From positions 1,488,001 through 1,552,000 of the forward strand of contig MU008155.1 of assembly GCA_010909165.1 (NCBI GenBank): a DNA stretch of 64,000 nucleotides. The letters are read 5' to 3'. The notes beneath the pieces are model-generated. The model searched no databases, was not told the DNA's origin, and saw only the letters and a list, made by a program, of their open reading frames with translations. Both the position numbers and the translations under genes were made by a program. The first letter of the stretch is position 1, and the number at the start of each line of letters is the position of its first letter. The stretch comes from Anthoceros angustus. Its lineage: Eukaryota; Plantae; Anthocerotophyta. Positions 40,300-52,029 of this stretch are shown one piece after another.

Positions 40300-41000
40300 T
40301 TGCAATTGGGAAAGAGTCGGAGGAGGAGGATGAACCGCTTGTGTTTGTGGAGATTGCCAAGGATAGCGCGGTGGCTGAGACGATGAGCTTCGCCATCAAA
40401 GCGTATGCAAGCCGGGTGGAAAGGGACGTATCGCAATGAAGAGTGTGGAGTCTACTCAGCGCCAATCAAGTGTTGCGGACCCAGGAATTGTGTCGAGCCG
40501 GTGAGGAAGTTGGATCTCGCATGGGTAGAGGCTTTGATGCAAAAGATGAAGCATTGTCCCCTGGGTGGGCGGTGTGTTGCCCATGGTTGTGGTTGTGGAT
40601 CCGTCACAATGTGCTACAAGAGAATTTCACGTTAAGGTGGACGGGGGATTACATTTTTTCGTCTTAGGGGAAACCATTCCTTCCGCAAGGTCCATTGTCT
40701 CATCTACCGTGGAAGAGTACAAGTGGATGGATGCATATGTGCTCACTGGACTCGAGGACGAGATGAGGATCGTAGCCACGGACCACAACACCATAGCGTG
40801 CCAGAAGACATTTACCTTCATGGACCGTGTGCGTTACATCGTGAGTTCCTCGGAGGTCAAGGGTTTGAAGTGTGACGTGGATTGGAAGCTAGATGTGTAT
40901 GCACGATTAGGCGGGATCCCCAAGTGGGATGCAGCCAAGCATAAGGTGCGATATCACCGTGGACAATAGGACCGGATTATTGTGTGGCTAAAGTTGACGA
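40300..41000 (+). pseudogene. ParB/Sulfiredoxin-like domain
   Basis: PVRKLDLAWVEALMQKMKH...LPMVVVVDP...HFFVLG(G)NHS...AYVLTGLED.EMRIVATDHN, read across 1-bp frameshifts. Confidence 0.7.
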
Positions 41001-41529
41001 AGAAGTGTGGAGGTATGTGGAGATTTTCAGAAGTGGGAATGTAAGCAACTAGCGGATAGATGTTTTGACTAGCAGCGGTGAAGGCTACAAGGAAGTCGAG
41101 GAAATCTGCAGCGAGAGATCTTGTGGTCATCGATGTGAAGGAATCGGATGTTCTGTGAGAGTGTGGAAGTGTTTTCGGGGTATCGAGCACTCGGCAGAGC
41201 AACAACAATTTGAAGGCAGCATGCATGAAGGTTTTGGCTGGAGAAATGAGCTTGAAGCAAATGCAAGAGTGGGTGGAGAAGGCCAAAAATTGAACCTCAT
41301 TCACATCACCCTTGCGAAGAACATTGTGAGACTTTCCAGGTTAGGGATCGATACCCTCAATACGACGGTGGAGCAGATCGAACTTTCAACGCATTCAAAA
41401 ATATGGTAAGTGACATGGCAAGCAAGCCACCGTGCATGTGATATGTACTAAGCAAATATGCTTGTTTGCGCATGGTTTGTTTCCACGTCGGCTTGGAACT
41501 TTGCCATTGCGCTGCGGCCAATGCCATCT

Positions 41530-42560
41530 CGAGTGGAGTGCACTCACGACAATTTCAAGGAACATGTTTTGAAAGCCAAAGCTTGGAGGATAATGGCGGA
41601 TGGCGACAATTGTTGGAGGCCTCGATCAAAAGTTACAGACTTTCGGGGATGACGCCGGAGAACCCGGTATAGTATGTATGTCAACATCGCGGATGGCCCG
41701 TTCTAGAACCCGTCCGTTTGCCATGATTCCTTGGACTTGCCCCGGGGTTGAATTTGGATCTAGGGAGTATGACACGCGGTTCACTCGTCGAATTTGAGAA
41801 GATCATAATGACATTCCGGGCATCACAATCGAGGTTTTTCGAGTCGTGGTATTCCATTCGCACGATGATATGTCCATGGTTCGTGAAGTTTTGCTTGCGC
41901 ATGTAAAGGTGGTGTCACGTCTACGGCACAAAACTAATGTGGCATCCTCCAGATAAGTCAGATGATGCGGTGATTACATCACCACGGCGCAGCTCCTTAA
42001 AGCGGGATTGTTTGCCTCAACATTTCTCCCTCGATTACATCGGTGATGTTGACTTGCCGGGTTGAATTTGGATCGAACTCAGGTATGACACGCTTCACTC
42101 GTGAATTTGAAGATCATAATGACATTCCAGCATCCTAGCGTGAGGTTTTTACGTGGTATTCCATTCCGATGATATGTCCATGGTTCGGAAGTTTTGATGA
42201 TGTAAAGGTGGTGTCCGTCATGGCACAAAACTAATGTGATCCTAGATTGATGATGGTGATTACATCACCACGGCGCGTTGCGAATGTGATTTCTCCTCGA
42301 TGCATCGATGTTATGAATAGCAGGGTTGACTTGCTTTCAGAAGATGGAACATAAGCTATGTTACAACACGAGATGATAGGGTTTCACCGTAAGCCCATTA
42401 GATTGTTGAGGAAGTTGATTGAGCGTATACAATGGAAGGCGAGTGGATCCTAGATGTGGGAGCTCGTTGGGTGGCGACAAGTCGGCATGTCATTTCGATA
42501 GGCGTAGATCCCAGCGGTGCAATTCATGGTTTGCGGCTCAATCGATGGACAAGCGGCGAG
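41530..42560 (+). pseudogene. Beta-class N6-adenine/N4-cytosine DNA methyltransferase domain (N6_N4_Mtase-like)
   Basis: Motif IV-like VNIADGPF (41680-41703), VVVFHS, WHKTN, then motif X-I FHRKPIRLLRKLIER-(Y)TMEGEWILDVGA (42382-42463). The order is that of beta-class amino-MTases. Confidence 0.8.
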
Positions 42561-43988
42561 GAGGAGGAGGTGGGAGGCGTTGGCGTGCGCACAAGGCGCG
42601 CATGGTGAACAACATCGCGGTGGAGAGGTGGGCGAAGGCGTGAGACAAGGCGCGATGCACAATTGGGCGTGTGAGATCCACTTTCGTGTTGGACAGTCGA
42701 CAAGTGCGAGGTTAGTGAGAAAGACGCAGACATTGGCGAGATGGGCCAAGAGGCTTTTCTGCAACATTGGGGCGATGGATCGGTCCATCCCTTGAGACGC
42801 CGACGAGAAGTATGATGGCGATTGACTCTCCAGACAACCAACGGCCAAAACAAACTTGTAGCATCCGAATGCAGGATTGGGAGAGAGTTGTGAGGGCTAG
42901 GAAATCTGCAGACGACCAGTTGGGTTAACGTTGCTTTTGTGTTGGACTCAAAGCTTTGAGACAACTTGCGATGCGACCACATGTCTTGCACAACCGGGAC
43001 CCGGTGATAAAGGCTGTTCGGTGTCCATTGTGTCCGATTGATCCAAGCTCGGCTTGCGAACCATTTTTGTTCACGATGGTAGGGCAAGGGAGAAACATGG
43101 TCGGCGCAACAACATTGCATCAATGAGCATCCTCATGCATATCCTTCAATCGAACACCGGAAGGGATTGAGAACTCGTCACGCCGCCCCAATCGCCATTT
43201 CGAGCCTTTGCCGTCACGCGCCGCATTGGTGTGCATGAGTTGGCCCCTGCGAGGCGGCGTAGGGAAGGCGTGGTAGCACCCGATTCCGAGCCCATGTGCG
43301 TGAAGTGTCATGGCCGAGACCTTATCGGAATTGCAAATCGCATATCGACCATGGCGGGCGCTTATACCGGACCAGCGAATAGCGAAATGCATTGCTATAA
43401 ATTGGTCGAACACGGCCACACGGGTCATTGTGGTGGAAAGCCTTCGCGGTGATTAGTCGCGGACATGATGAATGCATTCATCATATGCATGTAAAGGACG
43501 ATGTCACGATGCGTAAATACGACCGCATTGAACCCGCAATTGTAAATAGATTGCCGCGGTGTGTCCGAAGGCCGGTATGAAGTTGATTTCATCCAATTTC
43601 GGTAGTGCAACCTCGGGCTGCACCGGCTAAAATGGATTCATACCATTCGCACATTCACCGGATGTCCGGGTCATACAAGTCTGATCAATGTCGCTCTTTT
43701 TCGGTCGGTCGGACCCTTAAACTCATTTTGTGGACCTTTTTAATATCCATTTTATGCGGCCTATAAATTGCATATGTATCTTAAAGAATTGGCGAAATTC
43801 ATGAGAACTTGGAGGTGTAGACCATGTGAAGGTCTTATTACCTTAAAACCATTGAAATGCATGGTTTCATTCTTAAAGTCACATCTTTATCATGCAATTT
43901 TTTTAAAAAATTCTGCAAATTATGAAATTCAAGCTTTTTTGTTTCCAGGTCCCAAATTTCACCCCCTCAAAACCAGAGACGAGGAGCC

Positions 43989-44014
43989 GTCTCCCACTCT
44001 TAGGAGACCTTGTT
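43989..44014 (-). repeat. Right TIR
   Basis: GTCTCC-CAC-TCTTAGGAGACCTTGTT followed by GAGG at 44015-44018. Confidence 0.9.
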
Positions 44015-44541
44015 GAGGTGGGAGACTGATAAGGAGCTGGGATACAGCTTCGACTTCAGGCATCTTATTTCCAGTCAGTGACGTGATCACGCAGATGTCG
44101 GAACTTGCTGGTATGGACAGCAATCTTCTCTCCCTCCTTCATTTTCACGGCGTAAAATTCCATTCTTATAGCAGATAGGGACATCATGTTAGTAGAATGA
44201 TAAGTGGTTTCTAACTGATGCCATATCGCCTCTGCTGCGTCCAAGAACTCAACATCAGGCACAAGATCTCCATCCAGGCCATTGATAAGGAGAGCCATGG
44301 CAATTCCATTGTGATGTAGCCACTTGGCATAGTCGTCAGGGTCTGTGGTCGGATCAGGTTTCTTGAACGTGCCATCCAGGGCTGGCCAGAATCCACGAGC
44401 CGACATGATGGCTTTCATGCGGACTCTCCAAATAAGGTAACCACTTCCCTTGAAACGATCCTTCTCTTTTAACTCAGAAGTAAAAGTTAAGGCAGGGTGT
44501 GCAGGGCTTGGAGCAGCCATCACAGATGAAGGGGAAAACAA
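44015..44541 (-). pseudogene. gag: Copia gag N-terminal part (continues at 32728)
   Basis: FKGSGYLIWRVRMKAIM...AEAIWHQLETTY...MKEGE...QLLISLP joins to SYQNFVTTQ across the insertion. Confidence 0.88.
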
Positions 44542-44859
44542 TCAGGAGAAGTAGTCGTCAATGTCAAAATCACGATAGGACATATATGACTACCTTACAG
44601 AGAAGAATCTTGACCTGATCCTGCCCTGCATTGTTATTTTTCATGCAATAATCTGAAAAGCTGACTAGTGTAGTGTAGGAGAGGAGGTTGGGGGGTTTAA
44701 CAAGAGGCGGGGATAGTACGAAATTATGCCCTCCTCATGTTGAACTCCTCAACTTCTTTTCAGACACTAGTAAACTGCTGCGCTTATAAGCATAACCCTA
44801 AAACACATGTCGTTTCGAGAAACTAAAATGAAAATTAGGGTTGAAGCTAACCACCACCT

Positions 44860-45911
44860 CCTTGTTTGATGAATAGTCATACAGGTGGACAAATCAGGAG
44901 ACAAGCAAGCACACTAGGTGAGGAGGTGCGTTTCTCATCGCGCCTCTTCAGATCCTGGTCGGAATTGCTCCTGCGCCAGGACGCTCCGCTCGACTACAGC
45001 GGAAATTCTCAGGATTCTTCAGCCTTTGATCCAACAGCAGAGGAGCTGCAGCCAGTTTCAAGTTTTTGCAATCTCAGGCTCATCATTTGCAGAGAATAAG
45101 TCACGAAATTTAAATCCTGCTTGATCTCCTGTTTGCATTCTGATATGGCCAATTCTGCGTTGCGATTTAGGCTGTTTGCCCTGTTCCTCACAGATTCCTG
45201 GTTGGCTAAGGCCAACGTGAGCACCTTCTCCGCACGAGCCAAGGTAACAGATGTGCGTTGCGCGCTGTTACTGCTACTCAATGGTGGAGAATTTCTGTTG
45301 ATGCTGTTTGTGTATTGATGTGGCACAGGGGGTCTAAGGCAAGGTGAGGGTACTCCAGTCCTATTGCTATAAAACAATTCAAGATTCTGTCCTCTCTTGC
45401 GTCAGCGCTCCTTATACAGGCGATCAGTCTCAAGATTTCTGTTGCGGACATGAGCCGGTCTAGGGGGGTTGCGATGCTGTGCCACAAAACGTCTCAACCA
45501 GAGTGTAGGGTAGTCGTGCTCGTAGAGGTCCAGCAAAGTGTCAATAGGGACGCTTGCTGTCTGTCTTCGTGGGTGGAACTCCCTCCTAGTATTTCTTGGG
45601 AGTGCACCACGTTGACCCCCCCTACAGCCGCCCTGCCTCGGCATCCTTAGAGTCTGTAGATAGGAAACAGAGCATCATGCTCTGATACCATGTAAATTGC
45701 CGAGCGGAAGCGAGAATATTTGCTTAATCTCTTGGTAGATCAATTGAACAATAAATGTCAACAAACAAAAAGTTTTAATACCTTTCTAGGTGACGCTTGG
45801 CTAAAGGTCACCTCTGTTAACCTAACAACCACAGTCTACTTGACCTAATCTATAGGTTAAGGTTTATTACAATATATATATATGACCTATATATGTATAT
45901 CTAACTCAACA
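44860..45911 (-). mobile_element. Separate LTR-element 5' fragment: LTR 45691-45911, tRNA-Met PBS 45679-45690, gag-like remnant
   Basis: TGT...ACA 221-bp AT-rich block adjacent to GCTCTGATACCA (reverse complement TGGTATCAGAGC). Confidence 0.7.
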
Positions 45912-45914
45912 GTG

Positions 45915-46769
45915 TTTCCATAGGAAGAAGTATGCTATACAATGTTTATGACAAGTGGGGAACAAGAGAAGGAGACTTTGTGAGATATATGAAGATCCAA
46001 TGGGGAGAGACTATAGATATGTGGTTGTGTAATGCTAGAATGTTGCCTCATGCAGGGCAACATAGAATGGTTACTACACCAATTAGTGAATGTGGTTGTC
46101 TGACATTATTGGTACCAGCACTTCACGAAAGAAGGGGGATACAGGCATAACAAGAAGCTGGAGGCTTTGGAACAAAGCGCTATGAAGGGTGCAAAAACTA
46201 TTTCTATGAGCTCAGTTATTTTACCGCATGCCGAAAATGTTGCTGCACATTGTTTGTCTTCATCGACCCCTAACTTGTGGTATGTGATTGAACATGTTTA
46301 TTCTCCTTGGGCTACATGCTCATGTCCAATGGGGAACAAAGGTTTCATCTGCAAGCATGTGGTGAAAGTTCAACAACTCCTTGGCATACACAAGGATGGT
46401 GCAGCAGCAGCTAGGCAAAATGGAAGAACAAATGGAGCGTATGTTGCTGAAAGTAGTGATACCAACAACTTGGCTATGGCTTTTTGGATGCAGGATCAAG
46501 AAGCTCCACACATTGTATTGCCTAGTAACCCCTTGGTGGCACCAATATGTAAGACACAATTGGAGATGGCAAAAGAAAAACGGTTGGATTTCACTAAAAC
46601 GGCATGTGCTAAAGTAAATGATACCGCATTTGAGCGTTCAGATTTAGCTTTTGGGATAGCCTGCATTATGGAGCAAACTCAGCGGGGGCGATTAGTAGCG
46701 CGGTCGAAGAACCTCAACGGAAACAAGTGTTGGAAACTTTTGGTGAGAATGAGGGCACGAACAGACTGA
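45915..46769 (+). pseudogene. SWIM zinc-finger MULE-like transposase, 3' fragment
   Basis: YMKIQWGETIDMW...LPHAGQ and the SWIM motif ATCSCPMGNKGFICKHV. Confidence 0.75.
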
Positions 46770-47065
46770 AACGATATGTTGGTTTGGAGGAAATTGTGTG
46801 TAAGAAGAAAAAGACGGTGAGGTGGAACATAGGCAGTTGATAAAGGGTGGATTGAATGATGGTGAAATAGGCTTTTGGTTTTAGAAGTGACCAATCCACT
46901 TTTGTAGGGTCTTTGAGAGGAGATAGCGAGATAGCACTCGGTTTGATCGGGTCAATTCGCTTTCGTCTTAGAAGGTCGAATCCACTCTTACGGTTTTAGA
47001 AGGTGAGAATTGCTCAATGCCAGAAGATGCACTATGTGACAACTCCTCCAAACCCGTGAGGAAAC

Positions 47066-47872
47066 TTAAGCACTAAACCACATTGTAAGAGGTGCCCATT
47101 CCTACCACCACCGATCATGTCGATCGAACATGCTTCGCCGCAGCCGCCACCTTCTCGGACCGAACCCAAAGTTGCACATGTTTGTGAAGGATCGCATGTG
47201 CTTCATGCCATACTGGGTTAGCGAGCCACACTCACTCTCGTAAGCCCGCACCTGCATTCATGCATCCAGACATCCAGATTAACCTCAAATCTTTATGAAA
47301 GAGAAAACGAAACATTACGAAGACTCCACCGCCGGCCACTTACCACGGCCTTGAGGCACTGCCAGTCGTCGACAAGAGGCAAGGCTGGCTTTCGTAATGC
47401 CGCCAACATTTCAGGCCCCCACTCAGACCCGAAGACCAGCTTCCCCATCAAGTTGACACTGGAGTCGATGTGTGCATGCTGAGACATCATTCTTGCCATG
47501 TTCTGAGCAGCTTTCACTTTGTTCGTCGGCCCTTTTGGTGAATGCTTATACTGGAAAATCAGTCGCAAAGGGGACAAGGAAGAGAAGGATCGATGTCAGA
47601 CATGCAAAAACCAATTACCCTTGTCCCTTCCAAAGTTCACTGCAAATCCACATGAAGAGTAATGATGCTTGTACCTTGTGCCAATAATACAGCAAATCAA
47701 CATGATGTTGATTCACAGATGACTCCCAATGATTGTTCCAAATGCCCATGTCCACAAGTTAGACTCACGTGCTCAGATTCAAAGGGTCATAGCCTAAGAA
47801 GAGATAATTTGTCGACAGCATCACATGTGAGCCAGATCTGTAAGTGTTGTCATTCGAGGTCCTCTTCTTCAC
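47066..47872 (-). pseudogene. VPE: Legumain/vacuolar processing enzyme, 3' exons only
   Basis: VKKRTSNDNTYRSGSHVM; HIDSSVNLMGKLVFG...PLVDDWQCLK; [20 protein letters not shown]. No catalytic 5' exons were found. Confidence 0.85.
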
Positions 47873-49902
47873 CTGTCAAAGAAGAGGAACACCAACAAGG
47901 ACATGAGCGCAAATGAGTCCTACAATTGAAGGAACAGTATCGTGTCTCTCAAAACTAACAAGAGGACATGAGATGCGAGTTTCTGCACTCACTATGAGGT
48001 ACTGATCTACATGAGGCGTGAATCCACATGGTCTCTCATGAACATAGTTTTAGGCCTGGTCTCCGTGATCCGCACCAAAAGAATTGGGCGTCTTGTCGCA
48101 TCTGCACCGCTTTTAGATCGGTTCACCGCGATGAGAAGTGCATAGCTTTGAAAACCGATTTGAAACTCGGACTTCAAACCGACGGGTTTGAAACCTTTCA
48201 TCCGGGTATGGAAAGCCGGGTATGGAAATGGGCATGTAGAACGGGTAAAACCCGAGTATGCAACGGGAACCACAAAACTGATGTTGCTGCTATGTCGTGT
48301 ATGTCGATATGAAGCCACGGTACATCGGGTTGCGCATCCGCACGGTCGGCCAATCAGATTTTTAATGGCCATCGGGTATCGATGGGAAAGCCTATCATGG
48401 AGCCCTCACCTAGGCTGCCATACGCGCAAGAGGCCGATCGCATAACGGGCCCAAAAGGGCCTCTAATGCCCCGGCCGACTGCATCCCGGAGACGGGCAGC
48501 CGAAAGCCGGAGCTTGGGGAGCCCCGAGCATGCCCGGGCAAGAGGCCCTGAACACGGCGGGGCAGGACAGCCCCTCAGAGAAGCGCCCCCCTTGCAACCG
48601 GGCCCCACCTCATGCACACATGGGCATGCGAATTAGCAAATCCGCCCGCGACACCCGGCCCCGCCTGCACGCGAACACCCGACCGTCAGCACATCTGAGC
48701 TCCTCCGTTACCACCGCTCCGCTTTTCCCCGCTGAACAATGACATAAAAAAAAAAGGAGGTCCCAAGAGGATAACAAGGTGGAGGGTTGGTTTCCAAACC
48801 TGACTCTAACAAGGGGCCCAAAAAGTATAACAAGATACCAAAATTTCAACATAATTGCAACATCAAAGGGTCCAAATTTGAACATACAGTGTAACATGGC
48901 TGCCTTTTTTTAATAGGACCTAAATTTAAAGCAAAACCATGCGATGACAGCTGAAACAATTCCCTTCCACATACCGCTTCCACTCTCACAACACAAAACC
49001 TTCCTCTGCATCTGCTCCGGAGGAGGAGGCAAAACAGCTCCATTGTTAGCCGGCTTGCTTATATCCTCCTCCGCGAAGGTGTAGAGGCCGTTAATCTTGC
49101 CTCCCTCGTACGCTTAGAAGATCTTGCCATCATGCTCGTCGTTGGAGAAATCGAGCCCTTCGTTGAAGTCGAGCCCTTAGTGGCCGAAGGGCGAGTGCAG
49201 ACCATCGGGCTCCATAAGATGGTCCGTGGTCTCTGGGAACCAATATGGAGTGCTATGAAGGATTCAAATCGGCCAGATGGTTGCCGCGATCCTTCGGATA
49301 CGAGCCCGAGCTGACCGTCGTGTAGGTCGCCATGCCCGCACATGGCGTCACAGCCAGCTCCTGCTCGCGGTTGTGAGCCCCGGTCACGTGCCGACCTGGG
49401 GCTCCAGTTGGCTGTGTCGGCCACGCTGGAGTTTCAACTCCGTGAACACAGCCAGCTGGAATGTCCCTATCTGGACTTAACCAGCTGGAGTGTCAAGTAC
49501 GGACATCACAGAAAAACGAAGGGGGGTGAAACTTGTGGATGTCCCAAACGGCACGCCATACGCTACCTTGTGCCTAACTTTCTTGTTTCTTCTCAGGAGT
49601 CTTTGCCTGGTGTAGTGTCGTCACTACTGTCCAAACTCTGAACTTCTGACCTCCGGTGAAAGCTTCCGTGGGTGACTCGCAACCCCAGACCTCGTCTGCG
49701 ATTAGATTTATGCAGCGTCTAGACCTTGTTTGTAATCGCGAAGCTGCTTACAAGATGGTCTCGTGGAAAGTGTGTGGCACCTACTTCACCAGCTCCGAGG
49801 AAATGGAGGAGGCAGGACCATACAGGCTCGGCCTCCAGGCAAGCTTAAATGGGAGGAGGAGTTTCTGTATTTTCACACCGAGCAGCAGGAGGCCAAGGCA
49901 GA

Positions 49903-51312
49903 ATGGCTTCAGCTCCAGCAGTCCTGTCCTTCAAGCTTAATTCCGGCGAACTAATCCCAGCCATCGGGCTAGGGATGGGTCTTGACGTTGGAGGAACCGC
50001 GGATGCGGAGGCTGTGGCTCAGGGTATCTTGTCTGCCATTGAGGTAACAACGGAACCATCCAACCACTCTCTTCTTAGCATCCGGAAATCGTCTGCTGCA
50101 AATGACTTGACGGTTAGTTTGTGTCTGCAAGGCGGGGAGATTTGCTGAATTGATGATGTGACTGTGGGAGATGGGGTTTGGCTGTTCCAAGGTTGGGTAC
50201 AGGCACATCGACACTGCAGCCATGTACGGTACTGAGGCAGGAATCGGTCAAGGCTTAGCTGAAGCCTTCCGCAGGGGCCTTGTGAAGCGGGAGGATGTTT
50301 TTGTGACCACAAAACTTCACATGAGGGACTTCGAGCCAGAGGATGCTCGAATAGCCTTGAACACATCTCTTGCGTAAGCTTCCAAGTGAATGTTCTACAA
50401 GTTCCCGTTCATGATATGACGCTTTTCCTAATTTGTTGACTGGGTTGGCAGCAAGCTTCAGCTGGATTATGTGGACCTTTACTTGATGCATTGGCCACTG
50501 AAGCTCAAAAAGGAGTTCCAATTTCCACTGAAAACAGAGCACCTTCCCCCAGACAATGACCTGCTTCCGACTTGGAGAGCCTTAGAGAGCTTTCAGCGGG
50601 AAGGGCTGGTGAAATCCATTGGAGTGTCCAATTTCACTGTGGAAAAGCTTGAGGCGTTGCATCCCCATGTCAGCATCGTACCAGCTGTGAACCAGGTCCA
50701 CACGCTTGATGGCCCCCCCCCCTCCATCTGCTATTATTTATGCAGTCCTGAAGGCTTATGCTTCGCTAGCTAGCGTTCCTAGATTCCTGACCCTCTCAGG
50801 TGCTGACATGAAGGTTGAGCTCAGCACAAACTGGCAGCAGAGGAAGCTGAAGGAGTACTGCGACCGAAAGGGGATTCACCTCACTGGCTACTCCCCGCTT
50901 GGTGCACCTGGAAAGCGGTACGGAAAATCCGCACTGGACAACCCTGTTGTCAAGGAGCTGGCAGAAAAGCATCACAAGACTCCCGCTCAGGTATAACGCA
51001 TGTCAATTACTGTAACCAGGTGCCTGGCATGGTTTGGTCATGTGACGTACCTTTCACTAATCGGTTTCGCTTGTGTAATTTGATCAGGTGGTTCTGCGGT
51101 GGGCTGTGACATATGGGGTCTCTGTGGTGCCCCATAGCTCCAAGAAGCACAGGCTGATTGAAAACTTTGGCATCTTCGACTGGAATTTGTCAGACGAAGA
51201 TCTTGATAGAATAGCCAGCTTGGAGCAGAAACGAATGCTGTTGGGGGACTTTTTTCTCCACCCGGACGGTCCCTACAAGACGCTTGAGCAACTGTGGGAT
51301 GGGGACCTCTGA
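49903..51312 (+). CDS. Aldo-keto reductase (plant AKR4-like), 5 exons
   Basis: [58 protein letters not shown]. The D-Y-K-H tetrad is intact and introns are GT-AG. Confidence 0.95.
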
Positions 51313-52029
51313 TGAGACAAGACTCGAGTCGACAACACGTAGAGATTTTTGTCTCTGTACAAAAAGGGTCCGTACATGCTGTTATGCATGTATGGACATC
51401 CATCATCCTGGTATCGAAGTTTAGTAAAAATTGTTTTCCTGTCCATTTGTTACACACTTTGAAACGACTGCATACGTTCGGTTCCCGCCAATAAACAAAA
51501 CTCGAGTAGCGGCGGGGCATCTTCTAGGGAAGAAAATGAAGACATACGTGCCGCTGCCGAAGGATGTGACGACCTAAGACGGATGCGTGGAGCTGGAAGT
51601 ATGTAGGCGGAGACGCTTTTGCTGCCCCCTGTGTGTTGGTGAGGGACTAGCTATTCATTATAAGGACAATTCGGCATTTGGCAGAGAAAGGGCACAGCGG
51701 GGTCGGAGAGATACCTTGAACATAGATGGACCCTGGCAGGCTGATGGCCGGCCTGGATTCTCGAATCCTTGGCGGAGGGGAGTGTGACGCAGAAATTGCA
51801 GCCTGCCCTAGCTAGCGCAGGAGGAGCACGCTGTCCGTCGACAAATGGCACGCCCCGTTCTCTGCGGAAGAGGAGCACTGCCGGTGTGGATGTCATGGAA
51901 GCCTTTGCAACTCATGTCCGCGCATCTGGTTTAATGTGCTTTTGAAGCAACAGCCGTACGCTACTACAGTATGAGGTTTCGTCACGCTGGCTTGCTTATG
52001 TGAGCTGAGGGGTCGTGGTCCGGTTGGTC

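Larger units (their letters stand above)
32729..44014. mobile_element. 11,286-bp TIR DNA transposon (Sola-like transposase plus ParB-like/DNA-methyltransferase cargo)
   Basis: AACAAGGTCTCCTAAGA at 32729-32745 and its exact reverse complement at 43998-44014. GAGG is duplicated on both sides. The element splits a Copia gag. Confidence 0.9.

Noticed and set aside
39950-42560. Bacterial contamination as the source of the ParB-MTase
   Set aside because: It lies inside a TIR/TSD-bounded element that interrupts a plant Copia gag, with no operon context.
43120-43428. Possible 2OG-Fe dioxygenase (TET/JBP-like) partner in the MTase element
   Set aside because: His-rich ORF but no HxD...H...R arrangement could be recognised.
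49059-49480. ORFs upstream of the AKR
   Set aside because: Short and conflicting on both strands, with no recognisable domain.
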